The position numbers and the translations under genes were made by a program. Under the pieces are notes generated by a model that worked only from the letters and a program-made list of their open reading frames with translations, was not told where the DNA came from and searched no databases. This document shows positions 1-9,737 of a DNA stretch of 64,000 bases, piece by piece; position 1 is the first letter of the stretch, and every line of letters begins with the position of its first letter. Source of the stretch: Phyllosticta citribraziliensis (Eukaryota). Where the stretch lies: positions 1,302,001 to 1,366,000 of the forward strand of contig NW_027117348.1 of NCBI RefSeq assembly GCF_038025025.1, read 5' to 3'.

Positions 1-1
1 G

Positions 2-85
2 TCGAGTGCGAGAGGTGGCCGAGGCGGCGCGCGCGGCAGAGGCAGAGGAAGGGGCAGGCCGTCTCGCGGCAAAAGCGCCGTGTAG
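2..85 (+). CDS. 3' end of an upstream gene; RGG/AT-hook-like basic C-terminus (partial)
   Basis: Frame from position 2 reads SSARGGRGGARGRGRGRGRPSRGKSAV* (TAG 83-85), followed by T-rich 3'UTR-like sequence. Confidence 0.5.
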   Translation, partial: SSARGGRGGARGRGRGRGRPSRGKSAV

Positions 86-476
86 CATTTCCTGAGGTGT
101 TTTCATGGCGCTCGGTGGGTAAAAAATGGGGAGGCTAATTTGTTTTTATGGTGTTTCCGGGCCGCCATTGTCTGATGGCTCTTGGATCCGGTGGATTTGT
201 GCTTCACCGGGTAGTCTTTTGTCCCGTTGGAGGTTGACTTCTCTGTTCAATCTCAGTCTGCCGTTCAGAGGTAGAAACAGGAATGTGAGAAGTTCATTTC
301 ATTGTCTATCTACTGCGCTGCTTTGTCTTTTGCTCTATCTCTTTCTCTGATTTCCCTGCCAGCCTACAGCGCGTGCAAGTCTCTAGCTACAGGGGCTCAG
401 TGTTGGTGTTGCCGCTCTCGAAATTCACGTGGTAAGCGTCTTTTGTCGAACGATTGCTGTGCCTGAGCTGATGAGG

Positions 477-1765
477 TTAGGCGTCCTCTCCACCTGGAGT
501 GTAGGATTTGGGGTATCTGAAACCGACATCGAGTGGACGCGGCGACGACTTGGGCCTAGCAAGGGCGACGATCCAGTCCTCCTCGCTCAACTTCAGGTTG
601 CCTGGGGCCGGCATATGCCCTTTGATGCTGAGCGCTCTGACAGTGCGTTGCAGCGCTTCCGTCTTTGCTTTCCAACGGTCGGCCGTTTCTTTCCAAAATT
701 CGACCTCCCTGGCCTTTTCTGCTCCGACTATCCTTTCTTGGACGTGCAGTCTGTTCATGCGCTCCCGCTGTCCCTCGTAGCAGTCATTCAGCACGCTCCA
801 TCTGTCGTCGGCCGGAAATGTAACCGCTGTAGCGAAGACTTTTACTTTGAACGCTTGGTTCAATGCCCTGGTAGTTTCTTGTTCCGTGGCTAGCTTCTGA
901 CCCAGTTGTGTTGTCTTCGCGCGCTCGGCAATCAACTCATCACGAAGTTCCTTGCACTTGACATCGACATCCTTGTGCTCGTTCTTGAGCTTTTCGTGAG
1001 ACTCCCGCTCCGTGTGGAGTTCTTCCTCAACCTGGGAAACTTGTTTCGACTGAGCCGTGAGGTAGTCAAGCGCTGGTCGGTCCGTTTGCGTTCGCGCTCC
1101 TCTAAGTCACATTGAAACTTGGTGCAGTACGTGTGGTATCGATATTTGAACTTCTGCTCCTCCTCCTCTCGTATATTGTCCCTTTGCTGTTCCAGCTTGT
1201 CGTTGTACTGTCTTTTGCAAATTGCCTCGGCATCTTTAAGCTGCTTGTGGGACTGCTGTCTGAACGACTCTTTGAGGTTCATTCTCCATCGCTTCTGAAC
1301 CTTTGTGTTCTGGGCGTCCTTCTTGCGAAGAAAGGCCTCCATTTGGTTGTGGACCATGTCTTTCAGCCGGGCGTTTTCCTTTTCGAGTTGTTCGCAGCGC
1401 GTGGCATTCGACGAGTGTTCCAGGGCCTTCTCTAGCTGAGGGGCATCATTCCTCGCTTCCATGCCCACCATGGCCACGCTTGAGCTCGTTTGCTCTATCG
1501 CGGCCAGCCCTTCGACAGAAAAGGTTTCTTCGGCGGTCAAGCGCTTAGTGCCAGGCCTTCCGCCCTCAAGCACCCTCTGAGTGGCAATTATTTCGTTGTG
1601 GCCACGGGATCCGGGAAACCGTGGCGGAAGCCCAGCATCATCGGCCTCTTCCTGAATGGTAGCCAAGGGTTCGCGTTCTCGCGGGCAAAGATGCGGAAAG
1701 GTCATCATGCGGCGAGCAAAGCGAGAAAAATTTAGGGGACGAGGCTCCTTGTTTTGGTTAGTCAA
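477..1765 (-). pseudogene. Coiled-coil hypothetical protein split by an apparent single-base frameshift near 1072 (pseudogene or sequencing error)
   Basis: ORF 932-1765 is E/K/Q-rich helical up to ...EERERKRTDQ. The coiled-coil continues in another frame (ALDYLTAQSKQVSQVEEELHTERESHEKLKNEHKDVDVKCKELRDELIAERAK), which runs into ORF 477-935. No GT-AG intron I tested restores the frame. First in-frame ATG is near 1709. Confidence 0.55.
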
Positions 1766-2221
1766 GATGGTCGATTTCGTGGCTGGTGTGTGTGCGCGTT
1801 GCTGAGAGTAGGAGTGGCAGTCACCACAGTGTCAATACTGGCGCCTTCTATTGCGCCCGCCGCAGAATAAGTTCGTTTTGGTGCAGAAAACAACATTTGG
1901 TGCAGAAAACAACCAAATGCACTCACGCCATCATCGCGGACTACATTGAGGCCTACAAGTGCTGGTGCTTGATTGAAGCCGGAAAGTCTGGGAGCCGGCG
2001 AGATGTCTGTCAGGAACATTTACGTTGCGGCCCCTGTCCCTGCACAACGCCATTGACTGCCAACCTTAACCTCAACACCACCGCTTCTTCCGACTGGCCA
2101 TGTCTTATGTCGTTCGTTCCTCTTACCTCCCATTCATTCCTCTTACTTCCAATTCCTGTCGAGGCCTTGCATCGTCCATTGCCGCTGCTCGTCGAAAACC
2201 TCCAGTCCCATCCGGCCGACA

Positions 2222-3444
2222 ATGGATTCTCTCAAGGAAGGAATCATGCATGTCGAAGTCCAAGAACTTCTTGCTGGCGTAGGTTCGGGGGATCACGTGT
2301 CGAAGGATCGTTTCCGAAAGGCGGTCACAATCATCAAAGGACTTCAACAGGAAATCCTGCGCAAGAACTACGAGCTAGCGAGGGCTGAAATCAACCATCA
2401 CTTCGAGCAAAGAACCGATTCCGAGATTCCGGTTGCTTCTCGTACAGACATGCACTATGAGCAAGAGAACAACTCTGAGACTCCGAATGCTGCAAATGCA
2501 GACACGCCAAACGACCGAGAGACCTGTTCCGAGGCCTCTGCCGATTCGCGTACGGATGCGCGTTACGGCCTGCGCAGGCGACCCATCCCACGTCAGGAGC
2601 CTGAGACGACTGTTCTGCCTGTAGAGGAAGAACTTGAAGAGCGTCATCTGCCACCCATTCCTGCCTCTGCCTTTATCATCCGGGTTGAAGAGCTGAGGCA
2701 ATATACTGGTACGGTAGGTTACTTGGACGGTTATTACGAAGATAGTCATCATCATATACTGAAATATGTCAGGGTGGGGATGCCGCTCGTCGCGTTCGTA
2801 AAACACTGGAAGCTCTTCCTCATCGTCGGACTGCGATCTTGATGACTGGGAGGCGTGAGGCCCGCGACATCGGTAGCCGTCATTCAAAGGCCTCTGCTGC
2901 CGTTCTTCAACTGGCTGGCCTGCACCAGCGGATTCCGTGCAATCCTTGCTGCAAAGCAGGTGCCAAAGGCCGAGCTTTCGTCGGCTGTCGTGCGGTCCCT
3001 GGTTTCTTCAGTGGCTCCTGCGCTAACTGCGTCTACAACGATTCGAGGCAAAGTTGTGACTGTTCTTCTTACGACCCAGATGAGCAGCCTATGACGGTCG
3101 AGGAATATCGAAAGGCGCGCGGGGAAGATCTTGAAGTGGACGAGGGTGAGGAGCACATTTCCCGTTTGGAATCCATCGTTAAGGTGAGCCCCACTACTCC
3201 GACCACACCCGAACCCGGGCTGAAGCCATCGCGCTACAAGGCGAGCCCTATCCACTTCCCTTCGAGGTACACAACACCCGAGTGCAGCCCAAAGCCGGTC
3301 CGACGCTCTGCTGCTGAAAATCCCAGAGACACTGGAAACAGGAATGTGGAGAGGAAGCACAAAGAAGATTCAAGGGACATCGAGCACACGGCAAGTCGCA
3401 AGAAGAAAGGGAAAGAAGCAATAGTGCAGATTCCAGGTATGTAG
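2222..3444 (+). CDS. DUF3716-type Cys-cluster protein (2 exons)
   Basis: Phase-0 intron 2714-2772 (GTAGGT..CTGAA..CAG) joins ORFs 2222 and 2839. Motif LEALPHRR...LQLAG...CNPCCKAGAKGRAFVGC...GSCANCVY...C matches the fungal DUF3716 C-x2-C..F-x2-C..CANC pattern. Confidence 0.7.
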
Positions 3445-4910
3445 AGGCAAGAAGCGGCTATTGGGTGAAAGTGTAGGGAAACATCGTTGTGCGCTGACAA
3501 CATGCGCAGCGAAAAGGTCCTGGGGTCAGTGCTTTTTCCAGCTTGATACGGCGGGATCGGCAACGAACGCGAAACGACGAGATCCGCATGAGCAGAACTC
3601 AGATTGAATGGACAACAAAGGGGCATCTACAAGAAGTGGAAGATACGGGTAGAGGACTTCTGATTCGGCAACAACCACTACATGGACGCTGACGCCGTTG
3701 ACAGGGATCCTCCTCAGGAGCTTCGGGACTTGGACTTTCATTCTGGAATTTGTCTGTATTTCCTCATCCAGCCTTGAGTATACTCTGTCATCTATTCAGA
3801 TTGAATTAAGGCGGCTGAGTAGGACAATTTGCCGCGGATGATGGGGTTGTGTCGCGCTTCGCGCGCTTCCTTCTGCCCCCTCGTTGGCTGCCGCTCTTGT
3901 CAAACCGGACACTTCGCCAAAATCCCCGCCTAAAACGACCCAACAAAATGAAGGCGTCATCTCCAGACTTCTCGATGTTCTACACACTGCCTTGCCGCAG
4001 CTGGAACACAAGTGACTTCCAATTTCCCATGTACCTGATCGAGGATGAGTCGCGCTGCAACATGCAAGTAACAGGAAAGGCAACGCAAACGGCACCCACC
4101 ACATGCGGGTAAGCTTATTGAAAAATCTATAGGAATTCGGCTTTCAAGAAACTCCCGTGTAGGCTGAGTCGTCTGCCTCGTCAGATCCAAGAAGCTTCGA
4201 CCGAGAACACCTTGATATCACGAGGCAGATTTTATTGGTCTCCGCAACAACAGCCTCACTTGACAGCACACCGACAGAGACAATGCCGACGTAAAACATC
4301 AGCACCGAAGGGTCAGTAGGCCCCTCGTGCATTCGACCTCAAAAAATCAAGTTTTGTGCTTCAGCTGCTGTGTCTCCGCCCGAGGAATCGAGACCTGTGA
4401 TTTACATCACTCTCTTCCAAGCCCGCCGGTCGGAACACGCCTTGCTGATTTTGCCTGGGTGGCCGTAAGCGAAGATGCATGAAGAAAAAAGCCTACAGAT
4501 GGTCTCCGAGGCTAGATTGGGCTTGAGCTCTGCACTCATTCTTACGAACAGCAAATCTACTCAGTCGGAACACAATGACCAGTAAAACGCACCTACAGTC
4601 CGCACCAGCGAATCCGCTCCATACACGACACTCTCGTCGAGTTTCCAGGCTGGCTGAGGTTCTGCGCCGGCTAATGGATGTCCTTTTCTTCACAGGACCA
4701 GTGCCGTCAATCCTGCTCAGCCCCAACGAATAATGGCCGGTGAAGCGATCGGGCTAGATGCAAGTCACCGGAGAAATAAAGTCTGCACGCCTCTCAGGTC
4801 AGAGTTCTCTACTTGCCCCCTCTCTCGCTAGCAAGCACAGAGAAAATGCCGTGACATTGCGCAGCCACCGTCGCGAACTCTAGCCTCAACCAGTAGCTCC
4901 CCCAATAACG

Positions 4911-5759
4911 ATGGACCGAGCCGGGACATCAGTGGGTATACTAACATCTTTGCGCGGCCGTGGTGCTAGGCTGACTTTGACCGTTCAGACCCCTTTGCGG
5001 CTATCTAGGTGGAATCGCTTCCGAGCAGTCATCAGACCAGTCCAAGAACTATGGGCAAGGAAATCTCAGGTCGGTTTCATTCATCAATTGTGGAAAATCA
5101 GCCTCACGGCATCCGGTAACGCAAGTGTGTACCTAGAAAAGATTAGATTTATGGAAGCAGAAAGTCCAGGTCCTTGAGCCTTCTCCCGACGGTGGCCACC
5201 AGGGCAAACATGATGCAATCGCCCACTTCAACCCTGAATGCGCCCGCAACTTTGTCAGCCAAACCTACCTACAACGCATCCAATTTGACCTCAGTCTCAT
5301 CAGAGTGGTTGAGGAAATACCTGATTGCTGCGCAGGAAGAAACGTCGTCGGTGCCGTGAAGTTGGAGTTCTGGGGAAATGACGCACCGCATGACGGACAG
5401 AAAATTTTCATGAAGCAGAGGACGTATCGATGCACCTTCTTCGTCGTCGAAGATGCTGAGGTCGACCTGACCATAGGGTCCAGGACTATCCAGGACAAGG
5501 GTCTCGCCGTTCGTGACATGTTTGACGACTTTTACGCTCTGGACGGCATGAATCAAGGAGGCTTCACGTTCAGACACAATCCGGTGGGAAGTATGTTTCT
5601 TGCAGGTGTGAGCCCTCTAATTTGCCTGCTAATACGTCGTCTCTAGGAGAGTTGCGCGAGGAAGCAAGAAGGATGCAAGAGGAGAGACGAGCGGAATACA
5701 GGCGAATCCGAGAGAACGCTGGGTACGTACCAGGACCTTATTCGAATGCTGGCAATTAG
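4911..5759 (+). CDS. Retropepsin (Ty3/Ddi1-type aspartyl protease)-like protein A, catalytic Asp replaced; multi-exon
   Basis: Exon 5137-5590 reads KRLDLWKQKVQVLE...AIAHFNPECARNFVSQTYLQRI...VVGAVKLEFW...TYRCTFFVVEDAEVDLTIGSRTI, the retropepsin pattern [DTG]x3NFIS..GxVxLxW..FxVV..DxxIG. Introns 5070-5136 and 5591-5646 (GTATGT..CTAAT..TAG) lead into a charged helix RELREEARRMQEERRAEYRR. Start and last exon are uncertain (alternative end 5931). Confidence 0.6.
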
Positions 5760-6405
5760 GAGGTATTCGTTCAGGATGGGATTTTCCTACGTCCGAAAAG
5801 CGGACTTGTGGTTCCTAAAGCTAAATCAGCTTATACGAGGAACTGGAAATGGGCTTTTATATACGTCCGACGTCATGGGCTTTGGTAATTGGATTTTTTC
5901 CAGCCTTGCCCGAGCAATGACTGTTGGGTAGCTTGGTCAATTAGATTGCTTCTAGTAGGATAGCATGTCAGTATGTTTCAAGGGGGATACATTGAAGCGA
6001 CAGTTCTCGCTTTAGAGGCGCTCCTCACCTATTTCAACGCATCTGTCCCTCAAGTTTACGGACAAGGGACTGCTGAGCACCAAGCGAAATCGGAAATGTG
6101 GAAGATTCAACACAGTAAAGTAGAATAGGTAGGTAAGAGGGTGAATTTGTAGACGACCAAAGTGGAATAAATGTTCAAATATTCTTGTGCGCTGAACAGG
6201 CTTTTGCTAAGGAGAACATATATCGTCCCCAAAATCTGGACGCGGATTTTTGAATTACTCAAGCCTCCACGACAACCATTCCATGTATATCGCACTTTAT
6301 TTTGAAGGGATGCGAACAAAACCCTCGGGGCATTCGCGCGTCGTCCGCATCCTTGGAATGTTACTATCAGATCAAGGGGCGAGGGGGCACAAACTTACGG
6401 CCCCA

Positions 6406-6753
6406 TCAGTCTGGCGCAATGTCATTTTTCTCAGCGTCGGCATCCGACAACGCAATGTCGAACGGAAAGTTTTCACTTTGGACGATATGAAAGCGAGTGG
6501 CACGCGTCTGGCTTGAATTCTCAAACGACCAAGTCAGGTCGACGTAACCCTGGGCGTACACCTTCCGCCCATTGATCGTAAAAGGCCCGCGCACCTCGTT
6601 GCTTTCCATCGGTCTCAAGCTGGACAGCTCCATCAAGTTGGGCGAAATGAAGCTGACTTCGTCGTCCGTCTTGATCAACGACAGTCGCGCCAATCGCGTT
6701 TGATCGCGACCCTGGTGTCGTAAATGCAGCCGCACCGTCTGCGGTGGCTTCAT
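6406..6753 (-). CDS. Retropepsin-like protein B, catalytic Asp replaced (extra 5' exons possible)
   Basis: ORF reads LSLIKTDDEVSFISPNLME...TINGRKVYAQGYVDLTWSF...TRFHIVQSENFPFDIALS, with the same spacing of retropepsin elements (SFIS, flap NG, GxVxLxW, FxIV, FDIxL). Confidence 0.6.
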   Translation of the reverse strand: MKPPQTVRLHLRHQGRDQTRLARLSLIKTDDEVSFISPNLMELSSLRPMESNEVRGPFTINGRKVYAQGYVDLTWSFENSSQTRATRFHIVQSENFPFDIALSDADAEKNDIAPD

Positions 6754-8193
6754 GTATGAACTGAATCTACTCTATTACGCCAGAGTGATCAGTATTTTGA
6801 TCTGCGCGATTCTGATGAGCTTGATCGCGTTGCTGGACTGGTGCTTTACCTCTTTGCGACAGCATGAGAACTCTCACGACCGGCACTCCCATGTTTACGA
6901 AATTTTCTCAGCTCTGTCCTGCAAAGTCGCTATTGCATCTTGCCCTTGGCATGGATCGTATGCGCACCTTTCGATAGAATACGTAGAATCTCTCCTCCAG
7001 GCGGCTGCAACAGACCGACTGTGCAGCCATCATGCGATCTCCGGTATGCGAAGATATCGTCATTCATCGGTTTGTCTGAAAAAAGTACTGAGTGACGACG
7101 AAGTTGGATGCTATTGGTCCCGTAAGAAAGAGATGAGGAAAATGAGCTACATCACAAACCACTTCAATGCAAGCATGCGTGTTTAATATGCCCATTATTT
7201 GTACTGATGCCATTGGCTGGAAGGCTTCGCGTACTGCTCAGTCTTATAGGTGCAATTTGCCTTGCGAATTCCGGAGGCTTGGACAAGGGCGAGAGACCAA
7301 GCAGCCTTGTTTGCAGGGCTGGAAACGCCAAAGTCAAGGCGCCGTAAGCCTTTGGCGCAATGTCAACTGCAAGGCGTTGATGCGTGTCCATGTGAAGATT
7401 TATCAGCATAATATGCGCATCCCAGCCCTGTTTTGTGTAACACGGGCTTTTGAAGTGGTGTATAAAGACAAATCTCGCTATAGGAATTGCTGGAGATAGC
7501 TCGTACCTGTACCGAGCTCCATCCCGCCGAGATTCGATGAGCATTTCTTCACAGACGTGTCAGACGCCTTATTCTGCTGATTCCGCCTCATTCTTCACCT
7601 TGGAGCCCCTATCCAGAGCCCAGCAGGATTCCAGCTGTCAGCCCAGGTTAGAGCGTTGCGTAAAAACTTGAGAACGGTGAGTGACTGCTCCCTGGGCGCC
7701 GCTTTGACAGCAGAAGACTACTGAGTGGTACTCCAGAATTGGATGCTTACACGTCTCCGCAGGAGTTCTTTGTTAATGTGGGCGGGTCTTTCACAAACTT
7801 TCCAGTCAGTTCGCTGTCCGGAACCCGCGTGGAGATGAGTAGAAAGGACCATCTTAGCTGCAGTATCTACACGTCATGCCGGAACTGCACTGTCATCATT
7901 AGAAGAGATCGAAACTTCCCTTTTCGACGAATTCAGGCAGAGCCGAGCCGAGGCGTAATGGTGGCACGGCACTCTTGAGGCTGCTTAGCAGCAAGCATTG
8001 GCACCACTGCCTTGCGCTTGTTGAGAGGCAGTGAGGGGCCTCAAGGCAACTCCGACTTCCAGCAGCAAACTCAGCCTCAGAAAAATGGCTTCGCCTTGCC
8101 CGTCCTTAACGATTATCCCGCACATACGCAATCCTCCGCTTCTGTCGACTCGCTTGCATCATTTCAAGGGAAGACCACCGAGCTTGAGTCGAC

Positions 8194-9298
8194 ATGTCGG
8201 ATAGCTCAACGCCAGCGATACTTCCTTTGCAGGACTTCACCGCAAATCAGGGGTTCTCGACCGAGAACGACCCATCGCATTTGAACAACACACAGAACAA
8301 CACACAGAATGGTGTGCCCCACGCCTCCTTTCCTGGGAGCCAGGTTCAACCGAATGGAACTGCCACATCCAGGTCGGATAAGAGAGAAGTGCCTCTGCCA
8401 GCTGGCCATCCGAGACTTGCAGACCACATGAGCAGAGTACCCGAGATGGCAATGTTTCGACGCTTCGGGACGCTCAATTTGCAAAATATCCTGTATCTGC
8501 AAGCCGAGATCTTGGAACTGGAGGAGACGCTCCAGAATTTGCAGATCAGAGAGAGCCAAGGCAGCGAAGAGCAGAAGAAGTACGCCAAAAACTGGTGGTA
8601 CTTGCGACACGCAAATAAGAGAGGAGGGACCGGCGAACAGTGGAATCTTGTCGAGATCATCCGCACGAAGCTGTACGAGTACAGTGCGTCGCCTCCCTTC
8701 AACACGAGGTTACCAGAACCAAACTCTGACTCGTGTGCCAGACCAAGCGCTGATACAGCAACACTACATCATGCAACTGCCAAAGCCCACCACACGAGAC
8801 ACGATCGAGGTGCAAAAGCTGCTTGAGTCCGAGGAGATGGGGCCACTCGCGCTGGATGGCGACGACTCGCAAATCTGGGGATTTTTGGACAGGACCAAAC
8901 CGCCATTCCACGACCTCGTCGCAATGCTCCCGCGGCACAACGGGGATCCGTTTTCGAATTGGGTGACGGCCAACGCTCACAAACTCATAAACATGCGGCC
9001 CTTTCGGCTGACAGTGGGCGGGCTGCAGGGCTACAAAGACGAAACGCTGATGAAGTGGACGAATGTCTTTGTCAATGTGCTGGCTTCGCTGTTTCCAGTG
9101 GCTTCGATTGTGATTCTCTACCAAGTCAAGCACATTGGGGCTCGGTTTGGAGTCATCGCGGGCTTTAGCGTGCTCCTGTCCTTTTGTCTGTCTGCTTTTA
9201 CGACGGCGAAGCAATCTGAGGTCTTTGCTGTTGCGGCTGCATTTGCTGCTGTGCAGGTGGTATTCGTCTCGATAGGCAACAATTGCGACTGTGACTAG
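8194..9298 (+). CDS. DUF6594-domain membrane protein (2 exons)
   Basis: Characteristic GHPRLADHM..PEMAMFRRFGTLNLQNILYLQAEILELE. Intron 8684-8741 (GTGCGT..CTGAC..CAG) gives KLYEYNQALIQQ. C-terminal hydrophobic helices end in SEVFAVAAAFAAVQVVFVS. Confidence 0.85.
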
Positions 9299-9737
9299 AG
9301 AACCTCTGAGCGAACTAATCGCGGTATAATGCAACAATGTGTTAGCAAGTATTTTGTCGAGGGGAAAGGGAGTCCCAGATGTACCACACGTAACAAAAAG
9401 AACAAGCTCAGTGTTCTTCTCAGGTCCTTACTGCCCAATTCTCGACGGCAATAGTGCTTGATGCTTTCAATTTGGCTACGAAACAAGGGCAACGACTCAA
9501 GAGTGTACAGTACAAGTACTGCAATGTAAAAGTCAGCACAAACAACAAATCAAGAGCTTCAAGATTCATACGAAAGACTCTAACAATGCCGAGTGCAAAT
9601 GAAAGACTGACAGACCGACCACGCTGCTGCACAACGAAAAAAAAGCTGAACCTAAACCACAGCCATCATCAGCGAAGCCATTGTCATTCAACAAAGAACC
9701 ACAAACGCCCAACACCACCCGCCCTCCCCTCTCGCCC

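Noticed and set aside
3526..4726. Short ORFs between the DUF3716 gene and retropepsin-like gene A
   Set aside because: No motif, and I could not build a consistent exon chain despite scattered splice-like signals.
4911..6753. Retropepsin-like sequences as an LTR retrotransposon remnant
   Set aside because: No gag, RT (YxDD), RNase H, integrase or LTRs seen; gene A has spliceosomal introns and the two copies are in opposite orientations.
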